DNA of 63,425 nt, filler included, from Octopus bimaculoides (lineage: Eukaryota), in the NCBI RefSeq assembly GCF_001194135.2. It is 5 parts of 4 records of this genome, joined end to end, with 100 filler letters (N's around TTAATTAATTAA, not from the genome) between each part and the next. Parts side by side here need not be neighbours in the genome. Positions count along the whole stretch, not along the records: positions 1 to 13,275 come from NC_068992.1; positions 13,376 to 40,023 come from NC_068985.1; 3 more parts are not named here. The stretch is one strand, 5' to 3'. How positions within the stretch are numbered: the stretch's first letter is position 1; every line of letters begins with the position of its first letter. Made by a program: the position numbers and the translations under genes. Of the stretch, positions 12,702 to 24,821 are shown in pieces. The notes under the pieces were generated by a model. That model saw only the letters and a list, made by a program, of their open reading frames with translations. It had not been told where the DNA came from and ran no database searches.

Positions 12702-12901
12702 TTAATAGTTATCGCCAAGCTAATATGGCAGTCCGGAAAAATAGGACGAATGCTGCAGTTGATTAGCTCCAAGAGACCATCGCCTCTAGCTAGCTATGTG
12801 ACACACGAACCTGCGTCCATTATAACCTTGTTCGAAGCTAATTAACGGCAGCATTCGCCCTATCTTCCTGGACTGCCATGTTAGCTTGGCGATACTATTA
12901 A
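12702..12901. mobile_element. Palindromic MITE, about 200 bp with about 70-bp imperfect TIRs, bounded by TTAA
   Basis: Left arm taatagttatcgccaagctaatatggcagtcc...gaatgctgcagttgattagct is the near reverse complement of right arm agctaattaacggcagcattcg...ggactgccatgttagcttggcgatactatta. TTAA at 12702-12705 and 12898-12901. Confidence 0.85.
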
Positions 12902-13589
12902 TACCTCGTACCGCTGCCGTAGTCTCCGGTCAAACCTGACCGTTGTGCGTGCAACATCGTTATTTCAACCTGTGCCTGTGAAATCCTGTATCCCTGCCGT
13001 AAGGCCTTATTTCCACACACGCCAGCTTAATTTAATTCGTCCTTAGTCGAAAGACATCTGTTGTTCTGTCCCGTTATTATTCCTACTGTATTTTGGGGGG
13101 GTTTTCCGTCTACTGTATTTGTTTTTTTTTTTCTTTTCGTCCTTTTTTCGTATACATTCGACGCTTTCTTCCAAGGAAACTAATGCTCTTAGCTTAGTTT
13201 TTCCTTGGGGCTGGCCAGATTGGAGCAATATCAAGAATAACCAGCCGATATTGCAAAGATAATCTGGATCTCGACNNNNNNNNNNNNNNNNNNNNNNNNN
13301 NNNNNNNNNNNNNNNNNNNTTAATTAATTAANNNNNNNNNNNNNNNNNNNNNNNNNNNNNNNNNNNNNNNNNNNNTATATATATATATATATATATATAT
13401 TGAGTTGGCAGATATTTGGTGCGTTTCTTTCCCATGTTATGTTACCTTGTACAATAGTTTTATCACATTCTTTATCGTATTGTTTTAATCTTTTGAAGCC
13501 CTGTTCCTCCTCTAGAAGTTTAGTTAGTCGCTTTTGAAAATTCCAATAGATTAATCCTTTTTTTCCCGGCATTGAAACTTGTTTTTATA

Positions 13590-13759
13590 GGCGCAGGAGT
13601 GGCTGTGGGGTAAGTAGCTTGCTTACCAACCACATGGTTCCAGTTCAGTCCCACTGCGTTGTACCTTGGGTAAGTGTCTTCTACTATAGACTCGGGCCGA
13701 CCAAAGCCTTGTGAGTGGATTTGGTAGACGGAAACTGAAAGAAGCCCGTTGTATATATG

Positions 13760-13800
<41 letters not shown>

Positions 13801-14004
13801 CTGTGTGTGTCTGTGTTTTTCCCCCCAACATCGCTTGAGAACCGATGCTGGTGTGTGTACGTCCCCGTTACTTAGGGGTTCAGCAAAAGAGAATCGATAG
13901 AATACGTACTAGGCTTACAAAGAATAAGTCCTGGGGTCGATTTGCTCGACTAAAGGCGGTGCTCCAGCATGGCCGCAGTTAAATCACTGAAACAAGTAAA
14001 AGAG
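13590..14004 (+). mobile_element. Full-length SINE family B (tRNA head, V-domain-like segment, internal TA/TG microsatellite, 3' module)
   Basis: GGCGCAGGAGTGGCTGTG.GGTAAG...GGTTCAGTCCC head; ccaaagccttgtgagtggatttggtagacggaaactgaaagaagcccg; 3' ...ctccagcatggccgcag...ctgaaacaagtaaaagag. TATA on both sides (13586-13589, 14005-14008). Confidence 0.85.
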
Positions 14005-14059
14005 TATATATAACGATGGCTTGCCAAGTAGACAAAAAAAAAAAGACATTCTGTCATCA

Positions 14060-14470
14060 CTTTGATTTTAGTTAAGATTTCAACTAGTCAAACCATTCGA
14101 GAAATTTATGCTGCGTGCGAAGACGAACGAATTTGACAAATAGTTTTCACACTTGGGGGAGGGAAATCAAGTCCAACTTCAGAGACTCTTATATCTCATG
14201 ACGATAAATTGAACGAGTTCATCCTACAAGATTCGGGCTAGCCCAGCACAGTGGATGCTCCCATGACACCGTTATCCGTTGCTTTCATTCGATATGTGTC
14301 CAAAATTTCAGTGCACGTTAGCTTCATGTAACGGACGAATGAGAGAAACTCCAGCTACCACGTTGCTAATTTGGCCACAAATGCTATTTCAGAGCTCCAC
14401 ATTCCACTGCACACAACGTATTCTCCTCATATAGCACCTTCTAATTTTCAGGTTTTCGGTCAATCTCCTA
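14060..14470 (+). mobile_element. Highly decayed mariner fragment
   Basis: PLHTTYSPHIAPSNFQVF resembles HPPYSPDLAPSDFHLF; upstream remnants resemble the HTH region. Confidence 0.5.
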
Positions 14471-15125
14471 TTAAATTACCATGGAACGCAACACACTCAC
14501 ACGCACGCGCAAACGTGCACAGACACACATAGACACAGAGACAAACACTATATACATACACATGCATACAACGCACATACTCACACGCATGCATATATAT
14601 GCGTGTGTCTGGCTGTGGGGGCGGGTAGTTGTGTTGACAAATACAACTACATCAAATACCATACAAACATAAATTCTTGATTTATTAAAATTATCTCTGC
14701 TTCCAGAGGATGTATCATAATTACCATAACTTACATTTCACTTTTTCGCTAATCAGATAGATCATATACTTAATTACGCTTAACTAAGAATTACTTGCTG
14801 TATGTTGTGAAATATTTTCGTGATTGAATAATAAAGATTTGAATGTCAAGAAAGTCAATTTCGAAGCGTTAATTAATTGAAATTATTATATTAAATGAAC
14901 TATAAACTTCAAAGAGTTTAATAGAATCTACGAAATATATTAATATAAAGAATGCAACTGTTACAACAGTGAAAAGAAACGAAGAGAAAGAGGCAATAAA
15001 ATTATTGCGTCATAAATATAAAGGATTTGTCATAAATCGTAGTGACATTACAGAAAGACTGCGACAGTTTTCATACATCTCCACACCTCTACATATACAC
15101 ATGTACAGAGGCCCGCACGCACGCA

Positions 15126-15177
<52 letters not shown>

Positions 15178-16984
15178 CATATATATATACATATATATAT
15201 ACACACACACACGCATGCCCTTGTATATAATGCACTAACACGTACCACACAAATATACATATATGCATTTATGTATACGTGTATGTATTTATTTATTAAT
15301 GTACGTATACGCACATATGATAGGTTTTTAATAAATGATTGTTTATGATTTGTTTCACAGAGTGTTTTTATTCTACATTAAAAAGACATGTGCCTCAGTT
15401 TAAAGGATTTTCTTTTGCACGTGCAGTCGAGAAACAAATCTATTATTGCATCCATATGACAGGTAATAATGTTCAAAAACGCAAAGAGGCTACAATACGT
15501 CTAGAGCCTCCTTATTATCGAACTTTACTTCAAACTGAATATTGTGCGAGATGTAGGCAATTTTTCCTACGTGGGCAGTGAGATAGATATTTGATCGTTA
15601 GACTTACTTTTACACATTAAAGTGTAGAAAATGAGTGAAAATGAGATGAATAGTAAAATGGCAGTATTTCAGACCATGTTTTAAATCTTGCAAATAAGAA
15701 ACATCCACACGGACATGAAATTACTGCTACATTGTGCAATAGGTTTTCCCAAGCTTCTGCAAACCGGTAAAACATAGAAAATATAAGCGAAGTGACCAAG
15801 AAGCTGAACACAATGTTACCTATGTTTATAAACGATCCACAAATTCACTAGGAGAGTTATAATTACAAATGAGAAAATATTGATTCGAAACACCGTAACC
15901 CTTGCCCCTATATTGGTTCAATTAGTAAGTCAGATTTTGTACTTACTTGAGACCTAGATTCCAACATCTGCTAGTACATGGTGCTTAATTTGTATATGAG
16001 CATTCATATGGCTGCCATAGGAAACAGGATCCAAATTCCTCAGTTTCTTAAAATTTGATTTTGGTATCACAACCAAATGCCATTCATATGCAGGTTGACC
16101 TCTTTTAGAATACAATGTAATATTAGGCAACGCATCAGTCACTCTCCTACAAATGAGATCATTCAATTAAATGTTCAACTGAGAATAAATTTTCTCTCCC
16201 TCTCTCTCGCACTCTCTCTCACATACACACACTCACACAAAGCTTGCTATTGTGAACAATTTCCTCGCGACATGTATGCCATTAAGTTCAGCTCTGACCA
16301 TATGCGCCCCCGTAAACAGAACATTGGCCTGAGTTAAATATGTTTTGAATATTTCATAGCTATCCAGGGTCTAATCAATATTTCAATGTCGAGTAAGAAG
16401 AATTCGGGTAGTACACTTTGTTTAATCAGAAATAACTTGCACTTGAACTTCATAAATAATGAATCATTGCATCCTTTTTATTTAATAGTCATCGACTGTC
16501 TCTCTCAGTCACGGTAGTTATTCGAAATACAAACAGCTGCTATTAATCCACTTCTGCATTGAGATAATTTAACTCAACTCTCGCTTCCCTGGAATCACCA
16601 CCCTCTGTAAATTTGATGTAAACAACGATAATTTGTACATAAACTTGTCTTAAAGCAAGCCAACTGTGGATCACCTAATCAGTTATTTGAATAATAGAAA
16701 TATTTCTCGAAAGTGTTTTCTCAAATCACACCATATTGCTTCAAATGTTTAACGCTAATAATTATCTACAGTTGTCTTTGCAACACTATATCTCTAAGAA
16801 ACCTTGGATATAGTTCTGTGAATCACTCTTGCTCATTGTATTGCTCGATACTTCTGGGTTTTTATTAAGAATCAGCAAATCACCTCCCATACAGCAACAC
16901 TTACATATCCAATTTAGAGTGTGTTTGGGATAAATTTGGTGGTGTTTTATGCTTCTTCTTTCAAGAACGGAGTGATGTATTGGT

Positions 16985-17700
16985 GAACAGTCAATGGTAC
17001 TGGAAAGCATAGAGCGTAAAGTTGTAGTTGAAATATAGTTAGCTGACATAGAGGAATGGCTATCACCTGAATATTGGAAATTAGTTACAAATATCATGAT
17101 GATTCGCTTTCAAGATGCTATTGTTATGACTACTGCTCAATGCACTGTAGACTCTGTAAAGTTGTAAGACATGACATGGGGAGCTGCAACAGAGACTACA
17201 AAGCTGTGGCCAACAGAAAGGTTTTCGACACATGTTCTTACAGTCTCTACAAACCAGAATTCATCAAACAACTAGAGGATAATGTGATAGAAGGTCTGCG
17301 CAAGGGAATGTGAGCTGTGTCGAGAGAGATAGGTGTTCTAATCAGCAACAAGAAGATGGCCTCTTCACTATCGCCCAAAACTGAGACACAGGGTTAAAAT
17401 TCTGACAATGAAGGAGAACATCTTGACGAAAGCATTGAAGTTCCTGAGGCATTATATTGAGCTGGGTGTGATCAGGTTCTTCTCAGAGCGAAAGGAACAT
17501 CTGCCTGGACCAGATGCACAGCATTCTGAATTGCTGATGTCCTGCTTACTAATCATGTGATGTCTCACGTGTCATGAATACCAAGTTCCCCAAACTGTTA
17601 TAGCCTTTCTATGTGTCTCCAATGATAATGAGCTCAAGCGACCCCACATTTTCGAAAAATTACTTATGCTTAACTCAGACAGCTATGGACTGTTGAAAGG
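16985..17700 (+). mobile_element. DD37D (maT-type) Tc1/mariner-superfamily transposase relic, 5' part
   Basis: ADIEEWLSPEYWK...HDMGSCNRDYKAVANRK is homologous to the N-terminus of the 47.3 kb copy. Degenerate FFS(D)EK-like and TKFPQTV motifs follow. Many stops and frameshifts. Confidence 0.65.
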
Positions 17701-17701
17701 C

Positions 17702-18886
17702 TATAAATGAAGGACTGGTGTAAACGATATATTATTTGTTCTACTCTACGTAGCAAACACCAATGGTAACACACTTCTCACACTTTTATGCAGCTGTAAA
17801 AACCTCGTCAATAGAAGTCGGTAGGTTGCGTCTGGAGTAAAAACTTTTCTTCGGAAATCAGTTCATCAACATATGAAAAGTGTTACCCCTTTAAGAAAGA
17901 CTGCATGGTTGGAAGGAAGTGGAAGTCAGATTGTGCGAGGTCGGGAGAGGAAGTGGGATGAGGAAGGATTTCATAGGCGCAGGAGTGTGCTTTTATCTGG
18001 GCGACATGTGCATTGCTAACTGGGGTATTTTCTTAAAGGAGGCGGACTCATTTGGTCAGCATTCCACACTCTGCTTTGAAGGCGTCCCGCAATTTCTGCT
18101 GCAGAGACGCATAATATGCCCCGTTAATTGTGCTGCCAGAAAATCCATCATAACTACACTGTGCTGGTTCCAAAAGACTGTGAGAATCACCTTGCCTGCT
18201 GAGGGTTGGACACTAGCCAACTTTGGAGGTGGTGAGTTATCATACTTCCATTGCTTCGACTGGACTTTAGTCACAGGATCATAGTGATGGACCCATGTTT
18301 CATCCTGTTTGATATGTCTGCCGAAAAAGTCTGCCGAAAAAGACTGTGAGCATCCGATGAATCCATCATGCAGACAACATCCGCATGTGCAGATGGTCGT
18401 GACTATTTTTTCCACGGACCTTATACTTATCTTCGCTTCTTATTCTAATTCCTGAATAGTTATGTAGTGATCTTCCAAAGTGGTGGGTTTCAGTTTATAG
18501 ATGAACTCATCATCAATGGGGGAATGTGATCGTCCATCATTTGGAGCAGTTTTCACCGATGTCCGGCCACATTTGAACTGGCGATAGGAGTGATCGACTA
18601 CGTCTTATGTTGGTGCATCGTCAACTTAAACTTTTTTTGCCTCATCGAAAATCTCTTTTGATGTACGACCTTTCAAATATAAGAACCTGATCATTGATTA
18701 GCATTCAACTGCCTCCATTATAACATCTTAGCTCACTTCAGCAGCCGTAAAAGACAAAGGAATACTAGTTGAAAGCTGCAATTTATAATGTGACATATAG
18801 AGACATGTATGGTTATACCTATACAAGTTCCGTTCCCTGCAATCACCGGAAGTGGGTCACAGGAAATCCTTAATGAACACACCTTG
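17702..18886 (-). mobile_element. Decayed DD34D mariner inserted antisense inside the DD37D relic
   Basis: Minus strand gives MEAVEC*SMIRFLYLKGRT..., QDETWVHHYDPVTKVQSKQWK...PSAGKVILTVFW, LPHPTSSPDLAQSDFHF and KCVTIGVCYVE*. TIR-like 5' end TA|CAAGGTGTGTTCATTAAG at 18888-18869. Confidence 0.8.
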
Positions 18887-18891
18887 TATAT

Positions 18892-19230
18892 AATAGAAGG
18901 ATTTGGCTTCCTGTCATACCTGCGGATAGAGTGAGGAAGTAGTTGTCAAAGGATTTCTATAACTTAATAAGCCCCAAATTCTGGCCTCTTAATTCTATCG
19001 ACTTTAAATCCCTTGGATTACTATGTATGGGGAACAGTTGTGGAAGTCACCAATCGATCTGCCTTGCAACACCAAGGCCGAGCTGGTTACCAAGATGAAG
19101 GAGGTCTTCGAAAATCTCTCCAGAACACATTGAGGAATGCATACGCCAGGACGCGGGGCCATTTTGAGGTCAAAGTGGGAGCTGAGGGCTGCTACTTTGA
19201 GTTAACCATTACATTCTTGCCATAATATAT
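18892..19230 (+). mobile_element. DD37D transposase relic, 3' part
   Basis: DLASCHT...LSKDFYNLISPKFWPLNS...PLDYYVWGTV...NTKAELVTKMKEVFENL...GAEGCYFE, matching the C-terminus of the 47.6-47.9 kb copy. Confidence 0.75.
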
Positions 19231-20337
19231 TCTTTTATTCTATTAGTTGTTTCAGTCACTTTGAATGTGACCATGGTGGAGCACCAACTTTAAATCTACT
19301 TGACTTTAAAAAAAAAGCTTTTACTTCAGGGGGTAATATTATGTTTTCTTTTGCTTTTATGCAAACTATCAAATTTAGCCCATACGCACTGTACTTTTAC
19401 TTCCTAATTGCTCATAAGAGTCGTTGATATGAGTCAATATTTCTCAATAACAAATACGAATTTTTCGCTACCATCAAGATCAACCACCTCATTATAGAAC
19501 CTCTCCAGTATCTAATGTTGAGAGCATATGTCATATTCCTACTGAACCAAAACAGACAGGTACTACCAAAGGCTTTTCAGTTCTTTACCGATCATCTTTA
19601 GCAGCTAATATAATGGTCGATGCCTTTCACCGAGGTTTATTTTCTTTTCGTTTAAATTTAATTAACCAAAAGCTACTAGTCTCCTACGAGCAAATGATTG
19701 ATTTGAATAGTGACATCAGTTAAAAGCATTAAGTATATTTTCTTGCTATACTATATAAGCTTATGCAATTATCCACTCGCGAATACTCCAAGAAAACATT
19801 TTCGCTTCCCAAATTATTCTGCTATAGGCAATTATAATTGTTGCATCTACCTCACGATTTTCCCTTGCGTATATATATTTCCACAAGTTGCAGTTCCAAT
19901 AAAAAACGCCTTGAGCGTTAAAATTAACCAAATTGCCGTTTCCAACGGTGATTTTCATTCTACTTTTAGTACCCATCATTAAAATAATTTTCATATTTCA
20001 ATTCATTAGTATGATATATCGTAATATATACAAGGAAGCTAATGTGTGTCCGTGTCCTATTTTCATGATCGAAAACTTTCGTACACTAACATATAATGCC
20101 TTAATATCCTCATTTCTAACACCAATAGAGTTAATGGAAACAATCTGAATACATATTTTTAAACTCTGGTACGGATAACATTAGCCCAAAGAGGGAGAGA
20201 GAGAGGGGTGGAGACAGGGAGAGATGGAGCGAGAGAGAGAGAGACGGGTGGAGAAGGGAAGAGACNNNNNNNNNNNNNNNNNNNNNNNNNNNNNNNNNNN
20301 NNNNNNNNNNNNNNNNNNNNNNNNNNNNNNNNNNNNN

Positions 20338-20376
<39 letters not shown>

Positions 20377-20608
20377 GAGAGAGAGAGAGAGAGAGAAGTA
20401 GCGAGAGAGACAGATGGAGGAGGACCACGAGAAAGTGAGAGAGAGATAGAGAGGGTCACAGAAAGAGAGAAAAAGAGTGAAAAATGGAAATCAAACAGGA
20501 ATTTTTTCTACTTTTGTTTTATTTCCTGATAAAGTAGAACAGTATATTATTTACATTGTTTACATTATTTACATTTGACGGATATTTGTCCTCATCTTGT
20601 TTGTTATT

Positions 20609-20649
20609 AACACAACGTTTCTGCTGACATACCCTCCACACTTCATCAG
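20609..20649 (-). ncRNA. Minimal hammerhead-like motif, copy 1
   Basis: Minus strand: CTGATGA A GTGTG gagggtatgt CAGCA GAAA CG T T GTGTT. Core intact, stem II degraded, 5' stem I strand replaced by the SINE head. Confidence 0.5.
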
Positions 20650-20719
20650 GGCATATGGAGTAGTGGTTAAGAGCGCGGGCTACTAACCCCAAGATTCCGG
20701 ATTCGAATCCAAGCAGTGA

Positions 20720-20759
<40 letters not shown>

Positions 20760-20782
20760 TTGTCCTCATCTTGTTTGTTGTT

Positions 20783-20828
20783 AACACAACGTTTCGGCTG
20801 ATATACCCTCCAGCCTTTATCAGGTGTC
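20783..20828 (-). ncRNA. Minimal type-I hammerhead ribozyme-like motif (Penelope-type), copy 2
   Basis: Minus strand: GACAC CTGATAA A GGCTG gagggtatat CAGCC GAAA CG T T GTGTT. Stems I and II are intact, stem III is the palindrome AACGTT, and core G8 is mutated to A. Confidence 0.65.
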
Positions 20829-20893
20829 TTGAGGAAATTTAGAACCTGGCTTCTCATTCCTAAGGTATCTTCCGATGTTGTTGTTGTTGTTAC

Positions 20894-20968
<75 letters not shown>

Positions 20969-22820
20969 CTGAACAATAATAAATAAATAAACAAATATCC
21001 GTCAAATATAGAAAAGTAGATCAGTAAACGCAAAGTTATGTAGTTTTCATTGCCTTCACATTTCACCTTGTCTAGTAGTAGAATCTGTGCACCCGATGTC
21101 TCAATAATTTCTTCATATTAGTAAACATATACTAGATACTACCGTCATAGCGCAGGTGGAAACATTTCTCACAAGCAACAGGTACACACCATGAATTAAT
21201 TTTGTCGTGCCCTAGTATTGGGTTAACTACTCAGAATAACAACATACAAGATAACCGCCCATGTTTCTGGGAAATCAAACCTACAAAATCACGAAGAAAA
21301 ATAAATGAAGAAATGAATACGCGTTATGCCAAAGTGCTAACTCTCTTTGTATAATAGTCACTGCGAGTAATAGAGACGAGACTTTGTACAATCTTAACTT
21401 TGAAGAGACAGTTCAGTATATGCATATATGTTCATAATATCAATCGTTTATCAATATTATCGTTAATTACTATACGCTACTCTGAGAATTAAAATAATTA
21501 TGAAGCAAAAGAAAAAAATGTATGTGAAATCAATATAATTTTTTGTTCGTTTGTTTAAGAATGAATTTATAAACTTGAACTGAAATTAATGTGATTTCAA
21601 GCAACATCACATACAATATCTAAAATATTTTCTGAAAGTTCTACACTAAAATTTAGTAAGATTTATTTATTCACTAGTTAAACAAATTATATGCAAGGGC
21701 TCATTTTGGACTCTCTTTTAAAGTATTCATAGAGATTTTGACCTAATTACATGTTTATGCAATTTACAGGAAGCTTTAGCAACACATTTTGGAGGAGTTA
21801 TAACTGAAGTTTTATCTCTCAATGTTCTGTATATAGTGAAAATTCATTGACAAGCAGCAAATTAACGACTCTCAATGTTGATGTTCAACCCTCATTCAAG
21901 TTATTTAAAGTTATTGGCTGAGGTTGCAATCTACCATAGCGAGATTGAATTATTTCCATCCTTGTCACTTACTTTCTATTTGTTAGTTTCTCTTTCTTAT
22001 TCTTTCTCTATCTTTCTATATCTCTCTCACATATACGCACAAACTCACACGTTCTCTCTCTTTCTTTCTCTCCCTTTTACTCTATCTCTCTCTCTGCACT
22101 TTAGTAAGAGAGTGACCATAAATTAAAGCAGATACCATTATAATTAATATAGATCTGTATAGAGTAATTTGACATAGATTTGCATATTTGTAGCCACCAT
22201 AATTAAAATCTAAAAAGAAGCGAAATCCCTACTATGCGTGATCATGTCATCGTTCACCTGACTACAATAATTATTATTTTACTAATCCCCAAATTGTCTT
22301 TTTTCTCAATGTCGTAATCATCATCAACATTTATCATCACCATCGACATTGTTGTGCTTGTTACCGTCTTAATCGTCATCGTCACTCTATTTCTCTCCTC
22401 TTCCTCCGAATCGTCATCATCGTTAATGTCACAAGAGATGGGTATCTTAATTTGCATAGACTACAAATAAATTCTTACTTGAAAGAAGTTGAGAAAAATA
22501 CATTTTACGCCCAACAAGCAATCGCATTCACGCATGCTCAATCTTAGACTCACACAGGCACTCAAAGATAGTCGGACTCACATAGATACACCTGTAGGAG
22601 CACTCAAACCTTTCCGGTGTATATCTATATAGCGTGACTGCTTTTTTACGTGGTGCGTGGTGGCTGTGTACATCTATGTATATATGTATGTATATATGAA
22701 AATGTATATGTAAATATATATATATATATTTATATATATATATGTTTATATACTGATGTGTGTNNNNNNNNNNTGTAAATATATATATATATATTTATAT
22801 ATATATATGTTTATATACTG

Positions 22821-22861
<41 letters not shown>

Positions 22862-23495
22862 TGCATTCATGTATATCCATGTGTACCTGTGCATTAATAT
22901 AAGCATATGCTCGAATGAATGTGTGTGTATGCGTAAGTAATTTTCAACAGAAATCTTATAATGGAATTTACTGGGTTTCTTTCATATCGAAAGCTATAGA
23001 TAATGTTACATATTCTATAGAGTCCATTGTCAGAAATTTCAATGAAGCTAAATCATAAGACATTCAACAAATCTTTCAACATTCAAATAATACAGAGGGA
23101 CGCATTAGTTTTATGTTCTTATTAATGTGGTAATGTAGCTTTTTATGTTGATATTAATACTAATATGTTAGAATCCTTTCCCTATGAATACCGTAATGTA
23201 TTTCATATATGTAGATATTATGTCGATAACTTATTGCCAATCTTGGAAGCAAATCAACTTTTATTTCTCATTTGAGAGAAAAATATATATAAAGAATTAA
23301 ATTATAAAGGAAATAATCGTATACCATTACGATGGAAACAACTCGAAGGTACCATACATATATCATATTCTACAATGTTAAATTGGGTTGTAAAATCATT
23401 TTTCCTCTTCAGAAAATTTTATAAATCGTTAAAATATATCTATATCAGTAAATGTTTTCCCGTCTTTCTATCTATCTATCTATCTATCTATCTAC

Positions 23496-23568
<73 letters not shown>

Positions 23569-23809
23569 CATCCATCTATCCATATATCTATCCATCTATC
23601 TATCGATGTGACAATTTAGACTGATACATTTGCATGTGCACACACAAATTTAAACGTTGTTTCGTTTGTGGGTGCCTGCACCTGGGTGATCATACACACA
23701 CACACACACACACACAAACACACACAAACACACACAAACTCACACACACACACACACACTCACAAGTCGACACACAAAATGCGCATACACACACTCATAT
23801 ATTTGCATG

Positions 23810-23841
<32 letters not shown>

Positions 23842-24789
23842 AATATATATACATGTATATATGTATATATATACAATGTATATATATATATACATATATA
23901 TGTATGTATATATTCATACATATTTATATATATATATGTGTGTGTAAGTGTGTGTGTATGTGTGTATGCAAACTGGTTAAATAAGCGCTGAGTTAAAACT
24001 TATATCGTAGTTAATACCATATTTCATATGAATCTAACTCTCACTATTCTGTCTCTTCATCATTAAATGCTCCGTTGTTATTCTGCAGCTCTCTTTAAAA
24101 CAATAGTCATTTTTAGGTATTTACATTGAAAGAAACACATAGTCATACGCATATACACATACACACGTTTACATACGCTCATATTATAAACATATGATTC
24201 TAATGGATTGTCAATGATCTGATACCTAAAATACTGGAATGCATTTTTAAAATTCTTGTTCAGCTGTCATATTTTGTTCAATCCATATGGGTTTTCCTTT
24301 ACTGTACGTCCACTTTGTAGGCTAAAGCTAATTTGCATTTCATTGTCAGGATATAACGAGCGATATAACGAATGAGTAGTGGCATGTCTGCAATAGAATA
24401 TAAAGTGATTTTGCGTTAGATTTTAGAAGCATTCACACACACACACGCACATCTATATGCATGTATATATNNNNNNNNNNNNNNNNNNNNNNNNNNNNNN
24501 NNNNNNNNNNNNNNNNNNNNNNNNNNNNNNNNNNNNNNNNNNNNNNNNNNNNNNNNNNNNNNNNNNNNNNNNNNNNNNNNNNNNNNNNNNNNNNNNNNNN
24601 NNNNNNNNNNNNNNNNNNNNNNNNNNNNNNNNNNNNNNNNNNNNNNNNNNNNNNNNNNNNATATATATATATATATATATATACACGCATACATACACAC
24701 ATATCTTTCTTATTACATAAATGCATTTGAATACATACAATATACATGTCAATACACACATATATACACAAGCACGCGTACACACACAA

Positions 24790-24821
<32 letters not shown>

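Larger units (their letters stand above)
20545..21012. mobile_element. Composite insertion: tRNA-derived SINE head plus two antisense hammerhead-bearing repeat segments, flanked by a 14-bp direct repeat
   Basis: Direct repeats aaagtagaacagta (20531-20544) and aaagtagatcagta (21013-21026). tRNA-like head at about 20650-20724 with A-box-like TGGAGTAGTGG and B-box-like GGATTCGAATCC, then (AAT)n. A roughly 65-bp segment is duplicated at 20586-20650 and 20760-20824. 17-bp perfect inverted repeat at 20573-20589 / 20991-21007. Confidence 0.75.

Noticed and set aside
13276-13375. TTAATTAATTAA embedded between 44-N runs, repeated at 40068-40079, 48401-48412 and 59399-59410
   Set aside because: The same 12-mer in a 100-bp N spacer recurs four times and gives stops in all frames: an assembly scaffolding spacer, not biology.
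15617-15811. Hydrophobic minus-strand ORF resembling a signal peptide
   Set aside because: Non-ATG start, stops just upstream, no recognisable family motif or convincing splice sites.
20650-20724. tRNA-like sequence (also the SINE heads at 223, 13590, 61896)
   Set aside because: No proper acceptor stem or cloverleaf, and each runs into repeat bodies: SINE heads, not tRNA genes.
22700-22830. About 55-bp exact duplication on either side of a 10-N gap
   Set aside because: Typical unmerged contig overlap.
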